Below, piece after piece: positions 1-13,310 of a stretch of 57,234 nt of DNA (its first letter is position 1; each line of letters begins with the position of its first letter). The DNA lies in assembly GCF_004010195.1 (NCBI RefSeq), contig NC_057720.1, positions 13,473,108-13,530,341 of the forward strand, written 5' to 3'. The translations under genes were made by a program, and so were the position numbers. This DNA is from Chiloscyllium plagiosum. Taxonomy: Eukaryota. The notes under the pieces were generated by a model. It saw only the letters and a list, made by a program, of their open reading frames with translations. It was not told the DNA's origin and made no database searches.

Positions 1-330
1 ACATCCACTTTCCTGCCTTTTACCCATAACCTTTGATTCCCCGACTGATCAAGAATCTATCTATCTCAATCTTAAATATACACAAGGACTCTGCCCCACA
101 GCTCCATGTGGCAAGGAGTTCCAAAGACTCACAATCCTCTGAGAGAGGAAATTCCTCCTCATCTCAGTCTTAAAGTGGCACCCTTTAGTCTGAGACGACG
201 TCCTCTGGTCCTAGATTCGTCCTTCAGGGGAAATGGCCTCTCAACATTTTCCTTGTCAAGCCCCTTAAGGATCTGATATATTTCCATGAGATCACCTCTC
301 ATTCTTCTAAACTCCAGTGAAACTCCACTC
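1..330 (-). mobile_element. CR1 LINE 3' fragment
   Basis: The ORF track shows the CR1 ORF2 C-terminal motif RRMRGDLMEIYQILKGLD...SRTRG. Confidence 0.85.
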
Positions 331-514
331 AAACTCCAGAATCCCAGCCTGAATGGACAAGACTGCTTCCCAGATATCCGATAATCCCCTGTACTTTGAT
401 ACCTCTGTGCCATGATTAGGAGGTAATGCTGCTTTGGCAGAAATGTTGCCTTTAAATAATCCATTAAATGGTGCTCCCACCCACTAATTGTAGATTGGGT
501 TGGCACAAATTAGT

Positions 515-1170
515 TTCGGAGAATGAGAGGCAACCTTATGGAAGGATCCAAGGCTCTTGAGGGACTTGACAGGATAGATGAGAAAGAGTGTCCAGACAGC
601 ATAATCTCAGAATATTGGGTCATCCAATTGGGAGGCACAGTGGCTAGCACTGCTGCCTCACAGCGCCAGAGACATGGGTTCAGTTCCTGCCTCAGGCAAC
701 TCTCTGTGTGGAGTTTGCACATTGTCTGCGTGGGTTTCCTCCGGATACTCCGGTTTCCTCCCACAGTCCAAAAATGTGCAGGTTAGGTGAATTGGCCATG
801 CTAAATTGCCCGTAGTGTTAGGTGAAGGGGGAAATGGGTCTGGGTGGGCTGCTTTTCGGAGGGTTGGTGTGGACTTGTTGGGCTGAAGGGCCTGTATCCA
901 CACTGTAAGTAATCTAATCTAATTAAGACAGAAATCAGGAAGAATTTCTTCTTTGAGAGAATGTGGAATCTATCGAATTCTTTGCTGGAGAGGTTGGATC
1001 TTTATATACATCCAAGGCTGAGATGGACAGGGTTTTAATCAAGGAGAGAATCAAGGGATATAAGGAAAAGCAGGAAAGTGGAGTTGGGAATATCATGATC
1101 TCATTGAATAGCAAAGCAGACCTGATGGGCTGAATGGCCTCCTCCTGCTCTTATATGATACGGTCTTATG
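515..1170 (+). mobile_element. CR1 LINE 3' fragment interrupted by a SINE at ~630-922
   Basis: MRGNL..KALEGLDRID motif; CR1 sequence resumes at ~924 (aagacagaaatcaggaagaatttctt) and runs to the tail gggctgaatggcctcctcctgctc. Confidence 0.75.
630..922 (+). mobile_element. HE1/V-SINE-type tRNA-derived SINE
   Basis: tRNA-like head, V-domain tgtgtggagtttgcac...ggtttcctcccacagtccaaa, LINE-like tail ending in (AATCT)n. Confidence 0.9.
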
Positions 1171-1524
1171 CTTTTAATTCCAGGGAAGGGGATGAGGGTG
1201 GTAAGTGCTTGATAAGAATCCCTTGGCGCTAATTAAAAAACAGTAGGGATTTCTATCAACATCTGGGAAATTTTCGTCCCTCAATACGTACCACCAACCG
1301 CCTTGTGGCAGTTTATTGGACATTTGTTTGATGACAATTTATTTAATCCTGTGATGCTTCTCTCAGTAGGCTTTACCTTGTGGAGATATACAGCTGCTAT
1401 TGGAAGATGTGGAAATTTCCTGTACTAGATGCCCCTGCTAGATGTGTTCTTTAGGCTGGAATATTCAAACTCCTCTGTCTACAGAGGTATTTTATAAACC
1501 TTTTAATTATACTTTATACATTAA

Positions 1525-1850
1525 TGTCCAGATAGTTTTTTCCCAGGGTGCAAAGGTTAACTACAAGAGGGCACAGATTCAAGGTGAGAGGGGGGAGTTT
1601 AGGGCCCAAGTGCGGAGAAAATTGTTCACACAGAGGATGGAGGGTGACAGAAACACACTGCCATTGGAGGTGGTGGAAGCAGGTACATTAGGAATGTTTA
1701 AGGCCTATCTTGATAGATACATGAATGGGAGGCAGAGAGAGGGATAGTAAATATGGCTAATAAATAGTGGGTCTAAATAAGGATTAGGAATTGGCACAGG
1801 TTTGATTGACCAAAGAGCCTGTTTCTGAGCTGTATTGAATCTTTTGTAAT
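1525..1850 (+). mobile_element. CR1 LINE 3' fragment
   Basis: Motif FTQR...NTLPLEVVEAGTLGMFKAYLDRYM. Confidence 0.8.
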
Positions 1851-2857
1851 AACATCTGAAGGAATGTTTCCTCTAGGATTCCTTGTCTCGGAAATCTTTG
1901 CACTAGAAATTTCCAGCCCTCAGTAACCTCTGTGGTGTTGTCAGATGGGAGACTGGACAGCACAAGCCTGGGTTTTGTAAGCACCTGTGTGCAGAGCCCA
2001 ATATCAGCTTTGCAAGAAGTGAAAGAGACTGCAATCAAACATAATGGACAAGCTTGGTGACCTTGCACTCTCCAGGTCATGGTGCACAATTTGCAATTAG
2101 TTACCTTTAAATGGTTTTCTTATTTGCCAATTACCTTCCTTCTTTCCCCTCCCCCACCCCGAGGGGCATTCTAGCCAGCTGGATCACAGCCCCTCCTGTA
2201 CCTCCACCCTCCAGCTGCCTTCCTGGCAGATCTTCATTAAGAACAAAAGCAAAACATAGCGGCCAATGGGGATATAGCTTTTTTTTTAAGAAAAAGGAAT
2301 GTCTGGAAAATGGTCAGCAAGTCGGAGGCAGAAAGAGTTAATGTTTTGGTCAGTGACCTTTCATTAGAGCTGAGAGATACTCAGCTATAGAACAAATACA
2401 GAGAGACTGGGACAGGCAAGGAGGGGAGAAAGAGATTTAAAGTCTGCGAGACTGATACTTAAGCACACAAATCTAGCATGGTACCCTAGTTATACAACGA
2501 AGGAGGTGGAGGCTGTCACTCATCTACTCTCACACTGTCAGTGGTGACTCCTAGCTTGTATGCCTGATGTATGGACTCCTGAAATGGCAGCCTGCCTTTG
2601 GCTGCAATAATGGGACTCCTGGTTGTGGTAGGCCTGGAACTTGCAGAATTCCTGGAGCTGTGTTTGGGACCCCGGTCAATGATGGTGAACACCATTTAAG
2701 CACTTTTAGCTCAAAGTGGTGCCAGATTGTGGCAACAGAACTGTTTTCATTGTATCTTCCCAGATATATGTGACAATAAATCATTCATTCATTCATTCAC
2801 CAATAACTCACCCAGATTCCTTCTTATAAGCACACAGCCTCTACCATGACTTTTTAA

Positions 2858-3181
2858 ACTTCATTCACAAGTTGAGGGTATCACTGGCTTGGCCAGCATT
2901 TATTGCCTAAGGGGCAGTTAGAATCAACCACATCGCTGAATCACATGTAGGCCAGGCCAGGTAAGGATGGCAGTTTCTTTCCCTAAAGGATATTAGTGAA
3001 ACAGATAGGTTTTTCACAACAGTTGTCAATGGATTCATGGTCATCATGAGACTCTTCATTCGTTCCAGATTTCTATTGAATTCAAATTCCACCTTCTACC
3101 ATGGCAGGATTTGAGTCTGGGTCCCCGGAGCATTAGTTGGATTCAGTGCCCAGCAATAATACCACTGGGCCATCGCCTCCC
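2858..3181 (-). mobile_element. tRNA-derived SINE, second family (SINE-2 here)
   Basis: Minus strand: A box TGGCCCAGTGG, B-box-like gactcaaatcc, central ttcactaatatcctttagggaaagaaactgcc domain and tail ggcaataaatgctggcc. Partial copies at ~8720-8890, ~10985-12030 (fragmented) and ~20500-20835. Confidence 0.75.
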
Positions 3182-3184
3182 TTA

Positions 3185-3392
3185 CTTCACTGTAACTAGG
3201 TCAAAATCCTCAAACACTCTGCCTGACGACGCTGTGGGTGTACCTACTTAACCACACAGATTGCAGCAGTTCGTCACTACTTTCTGTACCCCAAGGTCTG
3301 CAGCAATTCAAAAAGGCAGCTCAGCACTGGCTCCTCTGGAGCAGTTATGGATGGCCAACAAATACTCACCTGCCACACATCCCGTGAATGAG
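3185..3392 (+). mobile_element. LINE 3' end sharing its tail with SINE-2
   Basis: ggtcaaaatcc...gtgggtgtacctac...ggatggccaacaaat; the better-preserved copy at ~5895-6115 ends gggcaataaatgctggc. Confidence 0.6.
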
Positions 3393-3709
3393 GTAAAGGT
3401 AGAGGTAAAAGATCCAGTGGGGTGATTTTGAAGGAAGTCAGAGGAGTTTTCCATCATGCCCCTCAATCAATGTTACTAAGACAAATCTGCACATTCTGAC
3501 TTGGCTCTCTGTGGGACATTGCTGTGTGCTGCTGCAGCAGCTAAATGACATGAGAATTCACACTACACGAATGGTGCTATAATAATGCAAGCTTTTGTTT
3601 ATTTTCAAGGGTACAGGGAAGGAATAATTGGATGACAAAGTTCAACATGGTACAGGCACAAAGAGGCCAGAATAGGGACAAGACACAAGAGCTGGGTCTG
3701 AAGTGCATC

Positions 3710-4275
3710 CTAGAGTCACAGAGGTCTATCGCACTGGGAAAGGCCCTTCAGCCTATCAAGCCTGTGCTGGTCAAGAACAACTACTCTAATGCCATGTTCC
3801 AACACTTGGTTCAGCATTCTGCAATGCAGAGGGACCTAGGTGGCCCAGTGCATAAATTGCAAAATATTAGCGTGCAGATAAGCAAATTATTAGAAAACAA
3901 AGAGAATGCCATCACTCATTGAGAGGAGAATTAAGTACATAAATAAGGAGGTTATGCTTCAGTTACGCCAGGTATCAGTTGGACACATAAGGCTTGTATC
4001 TGCAGAATTCAGCACCTTATAAACCCATGACCACTACCATCTGGCCTTGGCATTGCAGGAGCTCATCTGAATGTTACTTAAATGTTATGAGGATTTCTGC
4101 CTATACTACTCTTCCAGGCAGTAAGTTCCAGAATCCCACCACCTTCCAGCTAAAACAAAATATTCCTCACATCATCTCCTGCCCTTATCTTAAATCTAAG
4201 CTCCTCGGTCATTGATCTCTCCACCAAGGGGAAAGTGTCTTCCTGTCTTCCCTATCTATGCCCTCATAATTGTAT
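3710..4275 (-). mobile_element. CR1 3' fragment with a locally duplicated CR1 piece (3816-4040) inserted
   Basis: CR1 tail (aggcccttcagcc) and body on either side of a ~225 bp segment matching 5650-5874. Confidence 0.65.
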
Positions 4276-5429
4276 AAATGGTTGTAAGTGTAGGAGTAGG
4301 GGGGAAGTTTTGGAAAATCAAACAAGATTTTTTTGGCTGTGGCCATGGAATGAGGAAACAGAAATGAGAGGTAACCAGCAATTTAAGCTCTAGCCCATTC
4401 CCATACATTCTGAGTGGCTCAAATGTACACACTAATCAATATTGGCTTCCAATAGCTCAACTTAAGGTTCCTATTCCTGTGGTTAACTCCTTGCCTTCAT
4501 GTCTCTGTAATCTAATATGTTCCAGAAACCACCCATTCCTTTGAGTCTTACCATCCTTTCTTTGCCAATTGTAGTTGAAGTGCTCTTCAGTCACTTGGGG
4601 ACTCTGCACTGTGTGTCTAAATCCAGCCCTCAGTTCCTGAAGGAACTTCCATAAAATCCATTGCTCTGGCAAATCTTCCAAAAAAATCTGGAAATATTTC
4701 ATGGCAGTGTTGAGATGGTACAGAATAGGCCTTGCTATTCTTGTCCTCTACATGGATTTTGCCTGATCCACTGTGGGAGCTTGTCCATTGGGTAAATTTG
4801 ACCGCTGGAGCATGCTCAGACAGCTCTGTGACATCAATGAGCTACTACAAGAATTGTGTCGCCACAAGAACAGTATCTGACCATGTCCACGACATCAACT
4901 TCTGTGTGTGTGATGGCATCCACCTAGCCATGTTGATGTGGACCGACAGCAGTAGTGTATAAGTCTGCAGTTCCTCTCTACAGCGCAGGTACAGAGACAG
5001 ACCATTAGTTCTACAGTTACAGAATGTTGAAATGTGTTTCTCACAAGACTGCAGCATTAGATATGCAGTAAACAAAGGACAGACAGCTGACTGAATTGTA
5101 CTGAATTCTTCCCAAGCATGTACCTCACACTGTGCAAGCAACAACTGCCTGCCTTAGGTATTGAGGCAAAGATGATTTTGAGTGTTGTGTGTATAGTCTC
5201 ATCAAACTGTACACAAGTGTTTTAAAACATTGTCATTCTTCAATTCAAATTCACTTGTAAACGATAACAGGTTTTCTGCCCTCTGGATTGTTTCTTTGAC
5301 TTATATATTATTTTCCTTGAGGGGGCATCAGTAGATGGGTAGTGCCATCATTGCAATAGTCGCTGCTGCCATTCTGTTGCTCAGTACTGGGGTGTCACTG
5401 TAACACTGTATATTTCTGCACAGATAAAT

Positions 5430-6510
5430 ACAATTATGGGGAAATATGAAATTGTCCATCCTGACAGGATGAACCGAAAAAAAGTACACTATCTAAGTAT
5501 GATGTGGAGGAGCCAGCATTGGACTGGGGTGGACAAAGTTAAAAATCATACAACACCAGGTTAATTTGGAAGCACTAGCTTTCAGAGTGCTGCTCCTTCA
5601 TCAGGTGGTTGTGGAGAATAACAATACCTAATTAGTGAGAGATTGCAGAATTCTGTGGTGCAGAGGAACCTAGGTGGCCCAGTGCATAAATTGCAAAATA
5701 TTAGTGTGCAGACAAGCAAATGATTAGAAAATAAAGAGAATGCCATCACTCATTGTGAGGAGAATTAAGTACATAAATAAGGAGGCTATGCTTCAGTTAC
5801 GCCAGGTATCGGTTGGACACATAAGGCTTGTTTCTGCAGAATTCAGCACCTTATAAACCCATGACCACTATCATTTATAAGGATGAAAGCAGCAGATGAA
5901 TTGAAACACCCACAAACTGAAACTTCCCTTCCAAGTCACTCACCATCCTGACTTGGAACTGGATTGGTGTTCCTTCAACAGCGTTGGGTCAAAATCCTGG
6001 AACTCACTCTCTAATGGCAATGTACCTGCACCAACTGGACTTCAAGAAGGAAGCACCTTCACATGGGCAATTAGGGATGGGGCAATAAATGCTGGCTCGC
6101 ATTCGGTGAATGAATTTTTAAAACGTTAGAGACAACATGATTTAAACATGCAAGATCCTGCGGGTTCTTGACAGGATAGATTTGGAAAGAATGTTCATAC
6201 TTGTGGGAGACCTAGAATGAGGGGTCACTGTACGGAGATAACGAGTCAGCCATTTGTGATAGAGATAAGGGGAGGTTTTGTTCTCACAGGGGGTTATGAG
6301 TCTCTAGAACTCTCTTCCCAAAGAGTAGGGAAAGCACAGTTCTTAAGCATTTTTAAGGCAGGGTAGATAGATTCTTGATTAGCGTGGGGTTGAAAGGATA
6401 TGAGTTTAGACAGGAATGTGGGGTAATCAAATTAGCCATGATCTTCCTGAATTGTTGAGCAGGATTGATGGAGTGGTGGTCTATTGCTTCTCCTAAATTG
6501 TGTGTTGGTA
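5430..6510 (+). mobile_element. Degenerate CR1 LINE with nested insertions (5499-5615 and 5895-6115)
   Basis: CR1-like ORF2 remnants (gatcctgcgggttcttgacaggataga, tagccatgatcttcctgaat). Confidence 0.65.
5499..5615 (-). mobile_element. Penelope-derived short element, family B, with hammerhead core
   Basis: Minus strand CTGATGA-A-GGAGcagcaCTCT-GAAA-GC-TA at 5576-5604; terminus atgatgtggaggagccagcattggactgg. Confidence 0.75.
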
Positions 6511-8179
6511 TGTTGCAAGCCACATGCAAGGGCAGAATTCAAATCAGGGTAGGAAGCTGAAAGATAAGTGGGATAGACTTGCACAGAGTATTAGCTACTG
6601 GGGCTGAATGGCCGATTGCAGAGCAGCACTCCTTTAGCAAAACACTTTCACCCGAACAGAGTCAATGAATGAATGGGAAGTTGTTGAAAAGATCCAAAGT
6701 TTTGGCATACAAAGAAGGAAAGATTTTATCTAAACATTGCTTTGCTCGCCAAATATGATACTCGTTAAATTGAAGCTGTCTTAGCAGGCAGCTGGGTGTT
6801 GCAAATCTTCAACACACTATTTGTTTGACGACAACCGTGTGTAGTTCGCTTCATTTATGAAATGACTCTTTTTATTGCTGCCCCACACACCACCATCCCT
6901 CTACCATCCCCCAACTGTAAGTATAGTATTCACTGCTCATTAAAGAAAACAAAGGCTAAATTGTTAACAAAAAAATTATGTCTGAAACCTATCAGAAGAA
7001 CCAGGAGGAGAGTAACAAACCTCCAGCTGTGCAAAAGTGCTGCTTTGGTAATAAACAGTTCAAGTCCTCAAGAGCAATTTTCGTACAGATGGTGCCTGTA
7101 ATATTGCAATTCATGATTTTGTGGATGAGTATTTAAAATAAATAAATAAATCACACTCCGCACAATCACACAACTTTTTTCAGAGAGGAACACCTAGCTC
7201 ATTACTTACCTTCATTGTCATCAAAATAAATTTCCTCCCTGAAAGACAAATTATCTGGTTTCTTGTGAAATAAAAATCAAAGAACAAGACAGCATCTGTT
7301 TCCTCTATATTTTGTCTCCTCAGTCTCTTACATATAAATGAATCACAGTGTTCAAACTTGAATTAAGATCTGGAGCTAGATAAACAGTTAAACAGAGTTC
7401 CCATGGTAACTCCTGACACATAACTGTGATTGCATTATAATCCCATAGTAATCAAGTCAAAATGAAAGAAAGATGATAAGGCTGCTATTTCCAATTTTCC
7501 ATTCTGTTTTTTTTTCCTTTTTTTTTCAACGTTCCAATCAGGTCATGACTATCATCCTGGTCATTAGAGTGTGGTCCGAAAACTAGCTGTTAAAAAAAAA
7601 GCAGACAAATTAACTTCCAGAAATCAATGTGCTGGGAATCTTTTTCCTTTCTCTCTCTCTCTCACTAAGTGATGTATGTGTGAAAAGGATTTAAAAGATT
7701 ACATTTCATAACTCAGATTAATTTAATTTAGCTTTTAAATTAACCATGACATGCAAGAAAAAAGAATTAAATAGACTACCAGAGTCAACTGGGGAAATAT
7801 AGTGTGTTTTATGATTGTTGATGTGAATTAATATGTCGTCTTCAGTTATATAACAAATTGAAGCCTCTGTTTTCATTGTCACTGCATATTTCCACAACAC
7901 TGAGAAAGCCAAGTATTAAGCAATCAAACAAGTCAAACATGCACAAATATTACTTAATGATGGATATAAACTGCACCACTTCCTCAGTAAATTAGAATTG
8001 TTGAGGATATATTTTGCAAAAAGATTGTGGAAACTTTCTCTTGTGCAATCAAGTGTTCAATGCTACGCCATGCTCACACAATCTTTCTTTTTAAAGGAAG
8101 GATAATGAGCCAGAGGAAAAAACAGGAGTCCTACACCTGCATTGTCAGGATGCCTCTTTGCTGTTAACTCAAGCCTGTG

Positions 8180-8400
8180 CAGCTCTTTGTAATACCTGCG
8201 CATCTTGCTAGCTGTGCAGGAAACCAGAAGGAATGCTTTAGGGATGTTCATGATGCATCCCTGAAACTGTCAACCACTCTACTCACTCAAGGGAGTCTGT
8301 GATTGACCAGAGTGATGAAGGTTCATTAGGAATACACCAACACATTGAGAAGCTTCATGAGAACTTGTGGAGGCAAAGTTGGCAAGTCAGAAAGTATGAC
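8180..8400 (+). mobile_element. RTE-clade LINE 3' fragment (homologous copy at 9735-9940)
   Basis: Degenerate RTE C-terminal coding pattern (QKKCFRD...SLK) in both copies. Confidence 0.55.
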
Positions 8401-9944
8401 CATACGTTGCAAAATGCATCTGCCCCACCATTCATGCACCATCTTCCCTGTAAGTCACGAAGTCTAGGATTCTCACAATTACAGACAAAATCATAATGCA
8501 TTTACAGCATAGAAACACGCTACTGGCACAACTGCTCTATGCTAGTCTTTATACCCCACATGATACTCCCTTTTATTTGCAGCAGGAGTATGGGTTTAAT
8601 TGGCACCAATAACCTTTATGTGTGGGAATCAAACAGTTTGTCTAAGAAAGCATATTCTCCATAAGACCATAAGATAGAGGGGCAGAATCAAACCATTTGA
8701 CCCATGAATTCTGCTTTTTTTATTCATTCACAAGACATGGGCATCACTGGCCAGATCAATATTTGTTACCCATCCCTAATTGCCCAGAAGGCAGTTCAGA
8801 GTCAACCACATTGCTGAAGGTCTGGAGTCACATGTAGGCCTGACCAGGTAAAAATGGAAGTTTCCTCCCGAAAAGACGTTAGTGAACCATGGCTGATCAT
8901 AGAATCTTAGAATCCCTACAGTATGAAAGAAGATCACTGATATGTCTCTCAACCCTTCTCCCCATAACACTTGATCCCCTTACTAATCAAGAACTTAACC
9001 ATCTCTGTCTTAATTACACTTTGCCTCCACAGCTTTCTGTGGCAATGAGTTCCAGAGAACTCCAGCTGCAAGTTGTAATGCAGAAAAGTGCAAGGCTGTT
9101 TTCAGGAGAATGAGGAGACACTTTGTTCTGACCCGATGCAAGAAAGCGATAAACACTTAAGTAGGTCATTGGAAGGAAGTAATTGTACCCATAGGCCCAG
9201 CTGTCTGTACACTGAAGTAATCTTTTACAATCTGAATGTAATGTACACTTAATGTGCAAGTAGCATGCAGTGAATGGAAGGAATGTCATCACTAGCATGC
9301 TCAGACATGACTCTGACTCTTCCTCATTACACCTTTGTTTGATAATGGAGCTTTGGCTAAAGTTTACCTGATCAGTATCGTCAAATCCTGGCATATTGGT
9401 CACACTAGTACAAATGGTGTGTATTTTATGTCAGCTGGAAAACATTAGTCAAACACACCCCATTATTTTCTGCTTATAAAAATCTACTTTAGGGTGTGAC
9501 TTGTACATCAAATTATGCAGTAACATCTGAGCTCATGATTGCCTCCATGCTTTCCAGACTGCAAATCGTTAATAATTTCAGTTCAAAGGCTGTGCTTTAA
9601 GTTGCACTGATAGATAAGTGCTGGACCAGATTTTCCGATGCTAAAAACAGTGACTGTTCACACTGTTCATCAGACATATGATTCCTGTACAATCACCGAA
9701 ATTAGCATGCACCTTTGAATTTCCAATGGGTTATTTATAATGCCTGTGCCTCTTGCTAGCTGTGCAGGATGTCAGAAGAAATGCTTTAGGGACATTTGCA
9801 ATGTATCCCTGAAATGGTCAACTACACCATTCACTCTCAGGAGTCCCTGGATTGTGATTGACCAGAGTGAAGAAGTTTCACTCAGGAAGACACCGGCACT
9901 TCCTGGTGTTTCGATGAGAGGCTTCATGGGAAACTTGTCAAATG

Positions 9945-10205
9945 CAAAAGCAAAATACTGCAGATGCCATAAATCTGAAACAAGGACCGAGAATGCTGGA
10001 GAAACTCAGCAGGTCTGGCAGCGTCTGTGGAGAGAGACACAGAGTAAACCTTCCGAGTCTGGTATGACTCTCCTTCAGAACTCAAGTTCTCAGAAATCAG
10101 AACGCAGCTCTGAGGCTGTCATACCAGACGTGAAAAGTTATCTCAGTCTGTCTCTCCAAGATGCTGCCAGCCCTGACACAGCATTCTCTGTGCTTGTTTG
10201 CGGCT
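9945..10205. mobile_element. Older fold-back Penelope-derived element (family D)
   Basis: Arm aatactgcagatgc...gctggagaaactcagcaggtctggcagc and inverted arm gatgctgccagc...cagcattctctg, with degenerate hammerhead cores. Related copies at ~12650-12720, 24940-25225, 32915-32992, 33470-33565, 38045-38130, 44670-44780, 51960-52140 and 54840-55215. Confidence 0.65.
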
Positions 10206-10344
10206 GATTTGTAATGCCCAGGACTTCCTGTGAATGTCACTTATATTAACTTCATTGTGTAACTCAGTGACTGACAACATAGCTCAACACAGCACCTGAA
10301 CTGACTTCCCCACTCAAAATCAAATCCATTTGCCTTTCCACCTT

Positions 10345-10665
10345 GACTCAGGCTCATTCACCCACACTCCTGTTCATTCACATAGCCAATCACTCATCCA
10401 CTCACTTACTCACTCACTTATACAGCTACTCATTTAGTCACTCACTCATTCACCCCCTCACTCCTCTATTCAACTCCTCATTCATCTATCCACCCACACT
10501 CATTCACTCACTCACCCCCTATCACCCATTCACCTGGCCACTTACTGCCTACCCACTCACTCACTCACTAATCCGCTCATTCCCCACTAACTCATCGAGC
10601 CACTCACTCACACAATCTCACATCTACCACTCTTTCATCAACACTCTCACTCACCTGTTCACTCA
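10345..10665 (+). repeat. Degenerate (CACT)n/(CATT)n microsatellite
   Basis: Visible tetranucleotide periodicity. Confidence 0.9.
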
Positions 10666-11096
10666 ACTGCAAGTAAATGAGTTTTATAATTTTTCTAGTT
10701 TTCTTTTGTCCTTGGAAATGATAATCTAAACAAGCATTAATGCGCAGATCTGCTTTTCCTGCTGGGAAAAGATTTCACTGTCTGAATGTACCTGTGTATC
10801 AAATACCTGTTTCAGTGATTGCCTATCTCTATCGACACATCTGGTCTAACTTCTTCACCTGAAGTGTCCTTCAGTGAATTATTTTACACTGAAGTATTAT
10901 TTTGTCAACCACACTGGGACATCGTTATTTATGAACTATTTCTATCCATGCCCGGATTATTTTTAAATATCTATTTTTGCAATGCAGGTGTTGTTAGCTA
11001 GGCCAGGTTTTTTTACCCATCCCTAATAGAAGATGGTGGTGAGATACCTTCTTAAACATCTGCCTTCTTTACAAAGTAGATACGCACATAATTCTT

Positions 11097-11413
11097 TTTA
11101 GATTAGATTCCCTACAGTGTGGAAACAGGCCCTTCGGCTCAACCAGTCCATACCGACCCTCCGAAGAGTAATTCACCCAGACCCATTTCCCTCTAACTAA
11201 TGCACCTAACACTATGGGCAATTTAGCATGGCCAATTCACCTGACCTGCACACCTTTGGACTGTGGGAGGTAACCGGAGCACCCGGAGGAAACACATGCA
11301 GACATGGGGAGAACGTGCAAACTCCACACAGACAGTTGTCCGAGGCTGGAATTGAACCTGGGACCCTGGTGCTGTGAGGCATCAGTGCTAATCACTGAGC
11401 CACCGTGCCACCC
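11097..11413 (-). mobile_element. HE1/V-SINE, full length
   Basis: (TTAGA)n tail at 11097, V-domain and tRNA head on the minus strand. Confidence 0.9.
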
Positions 11414-11539
11414 CATAATACTTTTGCTGTAACAGTTTGATGTAACTGAGTGGCTCACTGGGCCATTTCTGTAGCAGTTAAAGAACAACATTGTAGCTGT
11501 CAGTCTAAACTCAGCTTGTGGTCAGAGCAGGTGAGGATG

Positions 11540-11850
11540 ACACAGTGGCTCAGTGGTTCACCCTGCTGCCTCACGGCGCCGGGAAGGTGGGCTTGATTTC
11601 AGCCTCAACCGGCTGTCTGTGTGGAGTTTGCACATTCTCCCTGTGTCTGCGTGGGTTTCTTCCAAACCAAAGATGCGCAGGTTAGATGTGGATTGGCCAT
11701 GCTAAATTGCCCATAATGTGCAAGCATGTGCAGGCTAGGTGGATTAGCCATGGGAAATGCAGGGTTACAGGGATAGAGTAGGAGAGGAGGGCCCAGGTGT
11801 GATACTCCTTGGGCTGAATGGCCTCCTTCCACTCTGGAGGCAATCTGTGA
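11540..11850 (+). mobile_element. HE1/V-SINE, older copy
   Basis: cacagtggctcagtggtt head, V-domain, gggctgaatggcct tail. Confidence 0.85.
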
Positions 11851-12384
11851 TTCCTCCTTGAAGAATATTAGTAAACCAAATTTTTTTTTTACATCTAATG
11901 CTTGCTATTAATGAGACAAACATTTTATTCCAGGTTGAATTGAAAATCCCACAGCTACCTTGGTCTGATTGAATACACATCTCCAGAGGTTTGGCCAAGG
12001 CTATGGTTTACTGGTAGCATTATCACTACCAAAGTACAACACTTTGCAATCAGCTATCCCCATTGCTATTATTATGATATCACTGTGTGCAAAATGACTG
12101 CTGCATTTCTTTAAACATAAGAAAAACAACAGTGTGTGATCTGCTCTGAGATATTTTTAAAATATTTAACAAGATATGACATATTAAAAGAAACCTTGCT
12201 TTGTTGCTGCTCTCAATCCAGCTAAAGGGGGCATTGGTGGAGGTATCTTTGTCTGCTAATCACTCTTATCTCGTTACAGCAAAAATGCTTAACATAAAAT
12301 AAATGCTCTTTTGTTTGTGACTCTCTGAAACCAATAGAATTTTTAAAAAAATAAAACTTAAAATAACCTTGAAAATAACTGCAT

Positions 12385-13310
12385 ATTGTGGCTGCACAGG
12401 ACATTGGTTGCCACTTCAGGGATACTGCGTTCAATTCTGGTCTCCCTGCTATAGCAAAGACGTTGTGAAACTTGAAAGGGTTCAAAAAATATTTGCAAGG
12501 ATGTTGCAAAGTTTGGAGGGTTTGAGCAAAAGGGAAAGGCTCACCATTGCCCTAATTTCAATCCATTAATCACAGAGCAACCTTCCTGAGCAATATCTAC
12601 CAGATGTTGGGTCAAAGAATGGACAATAAGCCAAGTCACCGAATAAAGGTAAAATGCCGCAGATGCTGAAAGTCTAAAACAAACACAGAGAATGCTGGAG
12701 AAACTCAACAGGTCTGCATGGGAAGAGGTTGAATGATGCTGTCAAAGGAGCCTTGGTGAATTGCCGTTGTACAAATAACTGCAAGAGCTGTTGCATTCCA
12801 AATTATTGGTGAACGCATCATCAAACTATTTTGACAACTCCACTGAAATGATCTGAATATGAATTGATATGAACTGAATGATAGATACATATAAACTCTC
12901 CTCTGAGTGATAATAAAGTTGATCTTTGCTTTTTCTCATAAAATGCAGCTGCCAATTATTTGAAACATATAGGATTCTGAAAGCACTTGACAGGATAGAT
13001 TCTGAGAGACTGACTGAAGAGTATAAGACTGAAGAGGGTAGTCCCAAGATGGGCTGTCGGATATTTAGGACTGATTTTTTTTCATTCAGAGAATTGTGTA
13101 TCTTCGGAATTTTACTCCAGAGAGTTGTGGAGGTTCAATCATTGTTCAAGATTAAGATCAAAAGATTTTTGGACTTTAAGGGAATCAGGAGATATGGACA
13201 TTGGGTGGAAAAGTGGAGCTGAATATGAAAATCAGCAATGATTTTGTTAAATGGCAGAATGGACCTCTAGTCACACAGCTCATTCCTGCTCCTGTTTCAT
13301 ATGCCCTTAT
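12385..13310 (+). mobile_element. CR1 fragments (12385-12545 and 12955-13310)
   Basis: YCVQFWSPCYSKDVVKLERVQKIFARML and ETYRILKALDRID motifs. Confidence 0.75.

Noticed and set aside
4730..4960. Possible Rex1/Babar LINE fossil (DINFCV, VATRTV-like peptides)
   Set aside because: Motifs are too short and out of order to support a call without a search.
10343..10729. His/Thr/Ser-rich ORF
   Set aside because: Translation of a (CACT)n microsatellite.
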